From assembly GCF_006345805.1 (NCBI RefSeq), contig NC_043015.1, positions 10,044,001 through 10,108,000 on the forward strand: 64,000 nucleotides of DNA. The letters are read 5' to 3'. Numbering within the stretch: position 1 is the stretch's first letter; every line of letters begins with the position of its first letter. The translations under genes and the position numbers were made by a program. Below are positions 1-13,624 of the stretch, piece after piece. The DNA is from Octopus sinensis. Its lineage: Eukaryota. Under the pieces are notes generated by a model. That model was not told the origin of the DNA and made no database searches. It was given only the letters and a program-made list of their open reading frames with translations.

Positions 1-645
1 CTTAGAAAGGCTTCGGCCAGTATTGGCCCAGGCCATGTCTAACTTAATAGCACCACCTGGCGAAGTCTTTCAATTCAGGATTTGGGCACCAAGGCCCATT
101 CGAGCAGAGAGTTATTGTTTGCGGAGACATATCCGGGTGTGGGTGGTTTGTCCGGGACTGTTTGAAGGAATTCGTCCAAAGACTTCTTGAATTTTGTGTG
201 GTCAGTTTCTTTTTCGATGTGTCCTGGTGTAATGTTGAAGAGAGCGGGTCCAATTGAGGTGAAATAGTTGTGCCGTATTGTCGTTATGTGATGCGAATTA
301 GATTTTTGTTGTGGACGGATTGCACGTGGTCCAAGCCTTGGATGTATTTTGAAGGTGATGCCAACATCATTCGGACAGTGCTGATGGAATATGTTACACA
401 TCATACAGATAATGTACCGTTCACGGCGTCGTTGGAGTGAATACAGTTTCAGCTTCTCTAGTCTACCCCAGTAGTCAAGGTCTGACATGCCATCTATCTT
501 TTTTGTGATTGACCTTTGGGGAGCTTCAATTCTCATAATATTTTGTTTTGTGTAGGGAGACCACAGTGGACAGCAGTATTCAAGGTGGGGTCGGGCAAAA
601 GTGGAGAAGAGAAGGATAATAGTGTGGGAATCTCTCGACTGGAAT
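1..645 (-). mobile_element. 3' fragment of a CR1/L2-group non-LTR retrotransposon (ORF2 C-terminus and 3' UTR), 5'-truncated at a (TA)n tract
   Basis: ORF 75..671(-) reads RPHLEYCCPLWSP...IEAPQRSITKKIDGMSDLDYWGRLEKLKLYSLQRRRERY, the post-RT region typical of CR1/L2-group LINEs. The ORF N-terminus (MYVCKYIYI) is microsatellite. Confidence 0.85.
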
Positions 646-665
646 ATATATATATATTTACATAC

Positions 666-734
<69 letters not shown>

Positions 735-735
735 T

Positions 736-767
<32 letters not shown>

Positions 768-783
768 TATACATATACATATT
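646..783. repeat. (TA)n/(TACA)n microsatellite
   Basis: Directly visible dinucleotide and tetranucleotide runs. Confidence 0.95.
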
Positions 784-784
784 C

Positions 785-1352
785 ACAAGGGTTAACCCAA
801 AAGTAACCTAAAACTTTCTCTGTTGGATAAGCTTGTTGTAGTTGAGGCTTCCGCCGCTACATGCCATCTGATGCAAACCTGCAGCATCAGTTTGTTGACC
901 GGCGTCATCGAGAGACTTCGTACTGCCACGTGATGTATCTTTGTTCCGCAGTGCTTCTCGCTTGTTCGCCGATTTTTGCGATGGCTGAAAGAGAAGAACA
1001 TCATTCTTCCATGAAATTCTGTTTTGTGCTGAAAAATAAAAAAACAAGGCGACCGAAGCAGTTGTCATTCTTCAAATAGCTTCCAATGACGTTGTCATGA
1101 GCAAAACACTGGTTTGCGAGTGATTTCCACGGTTCAGGAATAGTTCCTTATCGCTTAAAGTCCAACCTCTCTCAGGACGACTGTCTTTCTCTCAAACGTA
1201 TGTAAATATCACGAAAATTCGTAATCTGATACGGGAGGATGGTCGCCGAACAATTGACGAACTTGTTGATATGACTGTTGTGTCCTGGTGCTCCTGTCAA
1301 TGAAGTTTGAGCCAATGAAAAGACTTGCAGCAAAATTTATGCCTTGCACTCG
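785..1352 (+). mobile_element. Decayed mariner transposon, 5' part (TIR-like start and N-terminal HTH region of the transposase)
   Basis: Across frameshifts 980-1350 reads MAEREEHHSSMKFCFVLK / ATEAVVILQIASNDVVMSKTLVCE*FPRFRN...SGR...KIRNLIREDGRRTIDELVDMT / [10 protein letters not shown]. This matches the mariner N-terminus (KFCF..K.ATE, SGRP, RR.TI.EL, AKFVP-like). It begins with ACAAGGGTTAACCCAAAAGTAAC, which resembles a TIR. Confidence 0.8.
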
Positions 1353-1431
1353 CCCAAGCATGCCATCCTTTCATCTGCACGCTACCGATGTTATCCAAGG
1401 GAAAGGCAAATGTCAATACAACATGGCACCA

Positions 1432-1588
1432 GTGAGGTCGCAACTTATTTTTACAGCAGAGTGAACTGGAGCAACGTGAAATTAAGTATCTTGCTCAAGA
1501 AATCAACACACAGTTTACTCCAGGCATCAAATTCAATACCTCATTATTGTGAGTCCGAGGGTCTAACCACGGAAGCATTTGCCTTCAT
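1432..1588 (-). mobile_element. Degenerate tRNA-derived SINE head
   Basis: Reverse complement shows GTGGTTAGA (A-box-like), a decayed B-box, and TTGAGCAAGATACTTAATTTCACGTTGCTCCAGT, which also occurs in the 17150-17330 remnant. Confidence 0.6.
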
Positions 1589-1638
1589 ACATACATACAT
1601 ACATACATACATACATACATGCATATATGTATGTATGT

Positions 1639-1699
<61 letters not shown>

Positions 1700-1702
<3 letters not shown>

Positions 1703-2072
1703 GTTTCAGTCATTTGACTGCAGCCATGCTGGAACACCGCCTGCAGTAGCGCAAATCTTCCCCGGGACTTATTCTTTGTAAGCATAGTACTTATCCTATC
1801 ATTCTCTTTTCTGAACTGCTAAGTTACGGGACGCAAACAGCCCACTATCGGTTGTAAAGTGATGTTGGGGTGACAAACACAGACATACAAACAGAGACAC
1901 CCACATACATATATATATATATACATATATACGACGGGCTTCTTTCAGTTTCCGTCTACCAAATCCACTCAGAAGGCTTTTGAAGGTCCGGGGCTATAGT
2001 AGAAGACACTTGCCCAAGGTGCCACGCAGTGGGACTGAACGCGGCACCATGTGCTTGGTAAGCAAGCTACGT
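1700..2072 (-). mobile_element. tRNA-derived SINE, family 1 (internal microsatellite type)
   Basis: Reverse complement of the copies at 42451 and 60362: GTAGCTTGCTTACC, TGCGTGGCACCTTGGGCAAGTGTCTTCT, GGATTTGGTAGACGGAAACTGAAAGAAGCCCGTCG, internal (TA)/(TG), and CCAGCATGGC.GCAGTCAAATGACTGAAAC. Confidence 0.85.
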
Positions 2073-2077
2073 ACAAC

Positions 2078-2121
<44 letters not shown>

Positions 2122-2980
2122 TTGCTATTATGCAACAATGTCGCCGGTCCAAAACCTAGCGTCATCAGAAAACAGAAAAAATTATTTCACTATTCCATAT
2201 CAATATCGTTGTACTACACTTTGACAATTTTTGATATCTTGGTATCAGAAGCAGTTAGACATACGGTAGTTTGACCAAAAGAACCGGCTATTGCAAGCAA
2301 AAATAGATACTGAAAAGGATTCATTTGGACATATGTGAGTTTAGTATATGTATAAATATGTGCATATATGTATATATGTATTTATGCATGCGTGTGTATG
2401 TATATTTGAGTGTATATAGAGAGATATGGGAGGGGAAAGCAAAAGTTTCTATATATGTTTAAATGTGTGCTGTATTATACTCGAATGGTTAATATGTTTC
2501 CCTCAACCACTGAGATCTTATGCTTGATCCTACGTCCATACGCTTTACGTGTTATTAAAAAAAAATCCCTTTCGCCTTCGTTCAACATCTATCCTGTAAG
2601 CAGAATTTGCTATGCAGAAATTGTAGAGAAGCTCTTCCAATGGATGTTTCCGTAAGTTTGAAATGGATAACCTGTAAAACCTTGCATATTCTGCTACTTC
2701 TGCCAAAGAAATGTGTTGATAATAAAAATGATTTTAGAGAATTCTGTCGGTTACACATTCTCAATGGACAGTCATTTAGTAGATTAAACAAATGTATCTT
2801 TACCGGCAATCAAGCTGACTACAGGCACGTGTCTTATTGAGCGAGTGCGTGTGTATGTTTGTGTGAATGCTTGTGAATGTTTGCGAACGAGTCTGTGTGT
2901 ATCTTTCGATTTTGTAAAATAAGTATATACACGTATATATATATATATAGATATATATATATATATTATATATATATATA

Positions 2981-3114
2981 TGTTGTGGTTACCAATATAT
3001 ATATATATATATTATATATATATATATAATATATATATATATAGATATATATATATATATATTATATATTATATATATATATATAAATATATATATATAT
3101 TGGTAACCACAACA
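2981..3114. repeat. Inverted repeat bracketing a (TA)n tract
   Basis: TGTTGTGGTTACCA (2981-2994) is the exact reverse complement of TGGTAACCACAACA (3101-3114). Confidence 0.9.
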
Positions 3115-3409
3115 CAAATTTTCTTCTCTTTATGATCATTGCTCTTTTTAAGAACAGTTATTTTTCACCTTTTACGTTACTTGTTTATGCATGCAGTCAT
3201 TTATTAAAATGTTCAACTCTTCCTCATTTTGGTACAATAACATTCAGTGAGCAATGCATAAATCTACCTCTTTTATATTAGTTTCTCCGCTATTCATTTA
3301 GTCAAAATTGTGGTCTCATTTATATTGAAGTGGTGTCTGTTATTTATAATTTAATCGCGATTACATGCATCCATATATGCCTTAGAATTGTATCAACTAT
3401 ATACATAAA

Positions 3410-3910
3410 TGGCAACTTCTGTCTGTTTCTGGCTCTGTGTGTACGTGAATTTGTGAATTTGTTGCTTTAACTCCTCTTAGACTATCCAGCCGATCTTGAA
3501 ACATGGCACATGTAGGAAGCTTATCCCACTGCGGTCACTTACGTACAGGGAACTTTTTTAAATCGATAATATTTAATCGGCATCGACTTTCAAAAAGCAT
3601 TAGGACGTTTCAATGCAAATTCTCACATGAAATATGTTTTCTGCCATAAATTTTAAAGTTTTTAACTGATTTTCTTGAAAACTAATACAGATGGGTTATG
3701 CGCTAAGGACGGGTGAGACAAATACATTTTTACCTAGGCCACTCAAGCACAGCGGAAGGTGACTTTTGATTAACCGATTAACGAAATTTGGCCGAAATTG
3801 TTGTTGGATTAACATGAGGTAGGAGTTTTTACATTAGGGAAACAAGTATAACTTTTACCTTGTTTGTTCCTATAATATAGTGATCGTTACATGAAATTTG
3901 GAAAGTAAAT
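3410..3910 (+). mobile_element. Non-autonomous dispersed repeat, possibly Helentron-associated (HINE/DINE-1-like)
   Basis: 3560-3730 is clearly homologous to 63550-63730 (CAAATTCTCA.ATG...TTTTCTGCCATAA..TTTAAAGTTTT.AAC.GATTTTCTT...ACAGATGG...GACAAATACATTT). It carries recurrent CCGAT...GAAATTTGG motifs seen in such elements. The class assignment is inference. Confidence 0.55.
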
Positions 3911-5035
3911 TCAAATAATATAATTGGATATACGTAGGACTTTATTGGTACAAATGATGATTGAGTTTATTAGACGTAAGCACTAGTGTGTAATAGAGAT
4001 GTTACGTACATGCTTTAGACATCAAAAAATAATTCAAACCGCTCTGTTATGATGAAATATAGCTTATGTTTAAATTTAATTTGCATTTGTTATTAATGAT
4101 CATATTCTAATTATATCTCAGTCACGAAACAAAATTTAAAACATCTTATTGATCATTACTATAGTTTTCAAACTTTTATAAATTTTGTAATATATCAAGA
4201 GGAGATCCTGGAAAAGTGGAAAATATACTATATCAGAATAAAGTAAGCAATAAAAAATTTCAGTAATAATTATTGAAACAAAATTATTCTTGCTTTAAGC
4301 AGCATTCACCTAATCATGGCATGAAATGAAAAATTTGATTGCCTACTCCAGGTAGTATGAATTATGATGGTGTTAGTCGTATATATGTCTGTGGTGGGGT
4401 GCGATAAGAGTGTGTCTGTGGGATTTTGTGTATTTTGTTTGGTATGTGTACAAATATATATGATTGTATATATCTGTGATTGTGAATATATGTGTTAAAT
4501 GATACATGGCTTTATCTTCATTTGTACCGACATGTGACGCTTAAATCTTTCAGCAAATACTGATTTATAAATTAGGATCGTTTAGAATAAATATGCTGGT
4601 TGATGCATTAGACTAAAACAAAAGTTGTATGTAATGCTGTAGCAGGGGCGCGGCTGTGTAAAAAGTATTAATATTCTACGAGAAAAAATATTTTGTTTTT
4701 ATTTTCCGTTGATTTTTTCCGTTACCTACGATGAAATATCTGGATTGAAACATGTGACAGAATATTTATTTACATTGTTTCTGAATAAATCGATATTAGG
4801 AAATGTTTGTGTATGTCTTTAACTCCGTTATAATATTCAAATGGACGGAGGCAAATTACTTTTACCCCTTGGGATAAGTATTCGTCTGCAGCATAGTATT
4901 ATTTTTGTTTCCATAGACGCCTAAAAATATCTCTGAAAAATTTATAAACATGTTTTTTTTCCCCTGTGATATGCAATAAAATATTAAAGATGGAGAAAAA
5001 AGTTTTTACTGTATAGATAAAGTTATATGCATATG

Positions 5036-5037
<2 letters not shown>

Positions 5038-5085
<48 letters not shown>

Positions 5086-5202
5086 TACTCACATACACAC
5101 ACATACACAGATATATAGATGGATAGATGGATATATAGAAAGATAGATGATAGATAGAATTATAGATAGATAGATAGATATATAGATAGTTAGTTAGTTA
5201 GT

Positions 5203-5280
<78 letters not shown>

Positions 5281-5414
5281 TATAGATAGATAGATAGATA
5301 AAATGTGAGGCAGAAATTGAGAGAAATATAGTGAGGGATAAGTACTCATATACATTCGCAAATTATAAATATATATGTCGACGGGAAGGTAGAAGGCATG
5401 TATGAATATATATA

Positions 5415-5462
<48 letters not shown>

Positions 5463-5560
5463 GAATATGGGTATGTATATATACACACACATACGCAAGC
5501 ACACGTACACACACACACACACGCATATATATTAGTAGATAGACAGATAGATAGAGATAA
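5038..5560. repeat. Compound microsatellite (CA)n-(GATA)n-(TA)n
   Basis: Directly visible; it generates the spurious IYLS-repeat ORF. Confidence 0.95.
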
Positions 5561-8044
5561 ATTGATAGAAAGATAGATAATTCTATTAGAAGTATGTTGC
5601 TCAATGTATACATGGCACTTATACTGCATTTCAGTTTAAAGGAAAAGTCAATACAAAATGCTTAAAATGCGTACCGTAGAAAAGTAAATTTTAAACTCGA
5701 AAACAAAATAAAATTATATATTTAGAAATTAAAATAGCAAATTAATTAGAATTAATTACTCTGAATGCATAAAGGTTTGAACATTTTATTTTAGTCAGTT
5801 CATTAACAGTGTAATTATGTAGTTTTTGCCTTGTATTAATTTGAAATTATTTTAACGCACACTTTCACACACATACGCATGCGCACACTGACAATTAAAT
5901 CTATGTACGTGTTATTTTTTTTTTTCATTCAAAATTATTTTATCACCGTGAAATATCTGAGTGCCATTCTTAATTACTATTGATAGAGGGATATAGTTTG
6001 TCTAATACATTGACTAAAAGTAAATTAATTGAATTTTTAGACTAAATCAATAATATAGTTTTTCCAAACTATATGCAAATTATGATCAAGGAATACTAAT
6101 TAAAAGAAACTATAATGTACATCGTTTTTAATATTGGTTTTTCCACTTTAATTTTAATATTTTCTTTTATTTTTGCTACTTATGTTTTGAGTTCATGAAT
6201 GTTAAATCAATAGTCAACTAAAGATTAACGAGTGCATTGCAATACAATGATGAATACCATATAATTTTGTATTACAATCAACATATTGCTAGTAATAAAA
6301 ACATTAAATGCGTTATCTTTCTTAAAGTTATAGTTTTTTGAAGAGGGATAATGCTGGGGACGTCTTTATGTAAGCTCCTGTAGTGGATTAAGAGCCACTA
6401 ATGTGGATTCCCGCTGGCTTCCTTCTACTGCCTAATTTGAATTGTACATATTTAGCAGTTAAATACAGTATAAGAATTGAGAAGAGAATCAAATGGTTAC
6501 GATTCTACTGATAAAGCAGTTTCCAATTATGTATATTCTTTTGTTCAATGTGGAACCGATTAGAATATATTGGACATGTTCCCTATGCATTGATTCATGT
6601 TTGAATAAGTACAATTATAGTCTAACTGATTAATATACTGATTAAGTAATATGTTACTTTGGTTTTCTAAGAAAATAAATACATTTGAATTTATATAATT
6701 CAATATATTACATTTTTTCTATATTTATTAAACTCAGAAATTTTTGAGACTGCACATATTGTTTGGTTGAAATTTCAAATTAAAGGATTTCGTGTTCAAC
6801 CTCAATACATCGTGATCCGACTTCTTCCATCATATCCACAGGCCAATTAGAACATATGAGTTTCAATTTTCTAAAGAGGAACGGAGCAGAAACCCGAAAA
6901 ATTACATAGCTTAAATTCGTTTGTGATAGAATTATCTGCCACAAGCGAATGTATTTAATGAAGTTTACACATATGCTAGAAGTCGAGCCAACTACGTGGT
7001 GTTAGAGTAAATTGCTCCTGCGAAACATCAGTCAAAGAATACCCGAAAATTACCATGTGCCTCAATATTTCACTGTTGACTTTTGAAGCGAAATCCAGTG
7101 ATTAAGCATGCCTGCGCGGAAATTGTGCTTGTGGGCGTAATGTGAGTGACACTATGTTGCAACTTTTTGTCGTTTTGATTGTGGTTGAGAAAAAAGTCAA
7201 TCCTCTCAAACTAAAATTAAGATCAATTTCATAAATATCATGATGCATCTATTTGTCACTCAGAATAAAGACAGCGACATTAATCAGTGTTACATTTTTA
7301 TCCAGATGGAACAGGATGTGCTCCGAGCTAGAATAGGTTACTATTTCTACAAGGTTCGGCAAAAACGTCGAGGTTGCTGTTTCATATTTTAGTAGATGTT
7401 AAAGTTATTTTTGCTTAAATGGTCGCCTACATTAATTTAAAGAGTGATTATGCCTTTTCAGCAGCTATAAACACATTACTGCTGATGCAGCAGGTTTGTT
7501 ACCAGGTCATACATGCTTGAGGCATATTGAAAGCCTTAAGAAATATGGTTAAAGATTACACAGATTTACAATGTATATATGTATATATATATTTGCTCTG
7601 AGGCAATTATGTGAATAGTTATTTTTTACTAATTTTCATGTGGTGAATTCAATTTCCTGAACAGTTTTGTTCTATCACTTGGAGTTTTTTTTTGTTGCTT
7701 TCACATTTCCCGTTTTAATTATACTGCATATAAATTAAAAATATATTATGTTTATTTCATTTGTGACAAATGCATATTACAGAAAGAAAAGAACAGCATA
7801 AATACAGAACATTGATTGAATTAAATTACTTCCATAATACTCTACACACAAATTATAGTGCAGTAGGGAGATAGAAGTGAGTTTTCGGACGATCTTATGT
7901 AATTTGCCTCCACGATGTCACGCAAGCTTTTGTCGTTGCTGTCATCTTAGTAATATCTTGGTGTAACATTTTTCCATGCTCATCTTTCACTGCTCCGAGC
8001 TTCGGAGGGAAGACGTGGGTGCGGGAGTGGAGAAAGTGAATTTT

Positions 8045-9105
8045 GAATGATATTCAGCATTTCATATTCTCATAAGTCTGTAACAACTTCTCGATACACA
8101 CTTGGTAATCCAGTACACGTGTGTTAATAAAGAAGCCATGGCAGACTGACATAAATGGTTCCCATGCTCTGAGTTCATTGAAGGTAAGAAGGTCCTCGAA
8201 GTCCTTATCCTTCAGCACATCTCGGATCTGAAGTCCGACGAGGATACCCTCCTTGAAATCAGCAGGTAGGAACAGAGTGCACAAATGCTGGAATGCAGCA
8301 AAACCTTTGTCCATGGACTACACAAAATACTTCATTAAACCAAGCTTGATGTGAAAATGAATAAGAAGCACATCGTTCATGGTCAACCAGAGGATTTTCT
8401 TGGACACCAGGCTCAAAAATGCTCCTAGATCCCCAGTCCTTCAGCTTATAGTCCTTCGACACAGCCCGACTTGCTCAGAGACAGAAAAAGCAACAGTACT
8501 TTGTGAGGCCCGCTTGCATAGCCATAAGGAGCACGATGACTTTGAGGTCCTCGCAGAAACTCCGCTGGTAATGGTTGTATATGACAGCTTCTAAAAAGTA
8601 TCTCCATATTGTCATTTGACCCATTGAGTTAGCCTGAGTACTCAATGGGAATTCTGGGGTATTTATTCACATTGTGTAGAAGCACAGCCTTCAGATTTCG
8701 CTTGGAGGAGTCCATGAAAAGACGCCACTCTGTGGGATTGTGTGGGAAATCAACGAAGGTGAAGAGGCCAGAGATATTTGTGCAGTAGCACAACATCTTC
8801 TATGTTGAAGAATGATCCTTACATCTGCTTTGACCAGATCCCACTGCGTAAGCCGGAACGACAGGAGCTCTGACATATGCTTAGATAGATACAAATCACG
8901 TCAAGGTCATTCAGATCTTCGTACGTGATCCAGTGGAGTTCATTGCTACTTGCACCTGAATAAAAAGAGACCTTGTCTTCAGAAGTGATCGACATGGAAG
9001 AATCTTCCCCCTGAATGCATTTCTTCATCTGATGAAGGAAGAGGATTCTTATTTGCTGGGAGAGTATGGACTTGGAGATAATCTGAGTGGCAGCAGTTCT
9101 CATAG
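8045..9105 (-). mobile_element. Decayed Chapaev3-like (CMC superfamily) DNA transposase
   Basis: Minus-strand frames join as ITYEDLNDL / LYLSKHMSELLSFRLTQWDLV / HNPTEWRLFMDSSKRNLKAVLLHN / EDLKVIVLLMAMQAGLTKYCCFFCL / HIKLGLMKYFV*SMDKG / FKEGILVGLQIRDVLKD...RAWEPF...LLQTYENMKC. These are motifs I recognise from Chapaev3-type transposases. Multiple stops and frameshifts are present. Confidence 0.75.
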
Positions 9106-11024
9106 CTAAGGGAAGGTTGGAATATTTGATATATTTTCTAGAAGAAGCATTGAAATATGTTATATTTGCTAGATAAAAATAACAATCAACTGCATTGTTT
9201 CGTGGTGCTCTTCAAACCATCGTGGCAGCAAACAAAATTAAAGGCTGCTTCCTTGCCGTTAATCTGTGCATTTCGTTCATTTTATTAGGTTTTACAACCG
9301 ATGGGTGGGGCCCAGGATTCCTTTTATTCATGTTACCCAGGATCCCCTATTCCTTTTACCTACTGATTGCACTGCTCTCCCTACCCACTCACATAATCTT
9401 GAACAGTATCCAGCACTCCCGTTTTCCTTCTCTTTTTCTCACCTTATCCGTTTGACTGATATCATTTTTCTTCCTTCTAACATTGTTATATATTCTTTCT
9501 ACCTACGTTCCCCTGACACTATATTCACAAACTTCCGTTTACACTACAAGATCCTTTTGAATGAACAGCGCAGGGAATTAATATCTACATACTACCCATT
9601 TGAAATAACAACATATGAACTCCTATCGGAATTTACGTAACATGGGCAAGAGGCCTCTTTACCTATTCTACACACCAGATTCCTTAAATGGCGTAACAGC
9701 AACTTTAACATCTAACATGTGTTTTTATTTTCATAATTCCTTTTATACTTTCTGTACTTCCCCCTTTCCAAAATAGCTTCGTGTGTAATGAATTATTTCT
9801 ACTCAAACTCTCTTAACTGGTCTATGAAGATGAGATATCATTTCTTTTTATGAAACAGCTGTAAGGCAAACTTTCTCTTTATAAATATCCTAGAAATATC
9901 CCATTGCGTTGGCCTTGTTGTCTCAACTTATCTAACACACACACGCACACTCACACACACAAACACACACACACACATACACACACACACACACACACAT
10001 TTATATATATATATATATATATAAATGTTTGTTTCTATGCGTGTGCGTGAATAAATGAATTCATGGACGTGTATGAATGTGTGAATAGTGTCTTTTTTTC
10101 TGACATGTGTGTCACTTGTAGAATCAGGTTTATTGACAGCGTAAGTACTGATCACCAAGCAGTACGTGGTTATTTGGTGATTAAAACAGTCGTCGAAGCA
10201 CGGTTCTTACTAAATTTAGTGAGTATTGGGTCGGCTAGCAAACCACTTCGGTTTTTGTTAACACTAGACTACAAAATCTCTAATAATTAGCTGGCATTTG
10301 TCCGCCCTTTGTGATACGTATTTGCTAGATACTTGACACTTCGATGCTCATAGATACGAAGTTGCGGGATGAGAGCTTGTCATTTGTGTGATGCGATCAC
10401 TCTGAATATGGAGAGCCACATTACCGACACATTTTTAAGAAGATGCAAAACGGCACCAAAAACCGTCGGAAAATATGTGTTATCGTTGAAGGGGATACTG
10501 CTCCGGAATGTTTGTTTTAAATTGGTGTCAAGTCTTCGTTCGGAAAAACTATTCTATTTGACTCAATATCCACCCTACTGTGAAATACCAGTTGTAATCA
10601 ACAGTCACACCATAGGCTGTTTTCCGACCAGGATTGCTGCAGATATACACCAAATTACAAAATCTAGTGATCAAAATCATATATATCAAAGTGCTTACGT
10701 CACTCGACATTTGGTTGCCACACCAAGTGAATGAGGCCAACCTCAATGAAATTCCCCCTGCGCTTGTTTGCTAAAACGTGAAGTAACTTATCCGTTTTCG
10801 GAGAGAATATTGAGTGAGAAGAAAACTTGTATTGTCTATTAAAATGTAAAGCGTAGACGATTAGAGAAGTGCGGCGAACCACCGCAAACAACATAAAAAA
10901 CAGAACTTTACACGAAGAATATTATAATTTCAACTTGTTGTGATATAAAGCGTGTTGTGTTTTAGAAACCCCCCTTTCTCAGGTCATTGAGACACGTGAA
11001 ATGCAGCGTTGCACCTCAAGCGTC

Positions 11025-11245
11025 TTCCATCAGGACACTTCTAGACAGCACATTTCTTTTCAGACGCGACAGAACTTACTGTAGCTCGACTGGGAAGTTT
11101 TGCTGCACCCTGTACATTCACCCCAACTTCAGATTTCTACCTCTTTCGGTTTTTCCTAAATCCATTGAAACGGAAGACCTTCAATGCTGAGGAAGTAAAA
11201 AATTATTTCGACGAGTCTTCTGCCAGTAAAAATGAAAAAAAAATA
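11025..11245 (+). mobile_element. Decayed mariner transposase, C-terminal catalytic region
   Basis: FHQDTSRQHISFQTRQNLL*LDWEVLLHPVHSPN / SDFYLFRFFLNPLKRKTFNAEEVKNYFDE matches the HQDNARPH...WEVLPHPPYSPDLAPSDY/F.LF mariner signature. Confidence 0.8.
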
Positions 11246-12369
11246 TCAAAAGAAAAGATGTGTCTTCCCGCAATATAGCAAAAGATACAGTAATTGAATA
11301 TTTCGCATTCTATCCCAAATTTGTGTCTTATTTTTGCTTAAAAACGGACTTTTGGTCAATTTATTATTGTACTGTGGCTTTAGACGTTGTAGGAAAATAT
11401 TATACATTTCTACATTTGAAATTATAAAATGCATTTGTAATAAAGGAGGGACGTATATTGTAAGTATGTTGATATGTTTGGAAATAATGTTTGCGTAGAT
11501 TTACTCAGCAGATGACGCATTCGAAGTTTCAGTTAATAGTATCTCTTGATTTATATATATATATTATATATATATATATATATATAACACGACACCATTG
11601 AATCTCAGACAATCGTAAAAAAATCTGTACGTTTCCTGTCTTAGCGTATTTCATGTGTATGTATGAATAAGCTTTAGATATAGACAGAAGGAAATTTGTG
11701 TATATACAAAATAATACAAATAGAGAACGCAAAGTTAATAACAACTAAACAACAGCTATACCAATTACTTTTTATCTTTATTTCTTCAATTTTCATTCCG
11801 TTCTCGCATTTAAGATGGAGAATAACGACATTAAAATGCTGTCACATGCAGTAAAAATACCATGTTATAGAGAATTTACAAACAAGCTATTTCTATATCT
11901 TGTTGTCAGTACACGATATGTCTGTTTACTATTAGGAATTTTCGTTTTTTAATGAATTAAATCTCATTTGATCTTCTCTTTTGCGACGTTTGGCACCATT
12001 TCAACGTTCACTCGTCTATTAACAGTTTAAGATAAGCAAGAGTTTATTAATCGTATTTTCATATTTTTGGTAATAATGTTAATAGATTGAATGTTTGCAG
12101 GTATAGTTCTGAATTTTCATTTGGAAATATACGCGGGTAGTGAACTGTTTCACAAAAGTAGTTATTTAAGATAATTTAATTGTGAAGTATGCGTAATTTA
12201 CACGTAAGATTAAAAATTATTTACGTAGTGTATCATATATTTTCAGGGAAAAATAATGAAAACGAGTATCACAAAATTAATTACTAAATGTTCGACTTAT
12301 AAAATGTAATTACTCATACAAAGCATTCCGTAAGTTATAACTACACACGCATGCACGCTCATACGCTCA

Positions 12370-12379
12370 CACATATACG

Positions 12380-12445
<66 letters not shown>

Positions 12446-12460
12446 TATATATACATATAC

Positions 12461-12549
<89 letters not shown>

Positions 12550-12551
12550 GT

Positions 12552-12595
<44 letters not shown>
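12370..12595. repeat. Long (TA)n microsatellite
   Basis: Directly visible. Confidence 0.95.
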
Positions 12596-12596
<1 letters not shown>

Positions 12597-13624
12597 ACTG
12601 CTACATACACAACTTATATAACTCATTTTAACTTTGTAGTTTCACACGGAAGTTTTCTATGTATTAAGTTTATTTTTCAATAGATCAATCGCGTTAAAAT
12701 TCGAACATACGCAAACGCGCTGATAGATAGCTGAATATATATATGTATTATATATACGTGTGTGTTTGTGTCTTTGTGTGTGTGTTTGTGTCTTTGTGTG
12801 TGTGTGTGTGTTTATGTTTCTACATATACAGATATGTGTGTGGGACTGTACGTGTGTCAGAGTGTTTACTCATATATAATGTATATGTACAAGAAAACTT
12901 TATGGTTTTGATTTGCCTGTGAATATATGAAAAAACGACAAAAACTGATGATTCCAAAAGGATAGATATTAAAACAAAATTTGCGAATTACATTTTGAGA
13001 CATTTTCCTTTTCTGTAAATATTTCTAGATATTGTTCACCGAGTTGACTACGGAGAATATTTTTTTAGCCACAACGATTCCTTTGAATGCATATGAAACT
13101 TTACATTTTCTAATACAGCGTACGTTGGTAATTTCGGTACAGAGGAATTTGATTGCGCATACTCACCAATAGTTGCATGTCGTTTGACTATTCGAATCTC
13201 TATCATAGTCGTTGTTGTAGTTGTTATTGTTATTGTTGTTGCTGTTGTATTATTTCATTTTGTTTCCCATAAAGAAAAAATGGCTTTGCAGAATTAAACC
13301 TCTTGTCTGTTTTCTTACTGTGGACAGCATTCCCCTTTGTGCAATTCCTTTTATTGAATCTATTTTGTGTATCTTCTATATAAAAGTTGCTATTTGGAGC
13401 ATTTGCATTAAATAAATATATAAAGAGAAAAGTTACATGTACCAGATAAGATAAATTGCTGTTTGATTACCTTACTGGTTTTGTTTGTTGTTTTAGCTAT
13501 ATAAAGTTTATTAAATATCATCCATAAATACATGCATATTTAGGTTTATATGCGTTTACTTTGACATCCAAATGAATGTCCTGTGTTTCTGTAGAAATTC
13601 ATACATGATTCCGTGTTTAAATTC

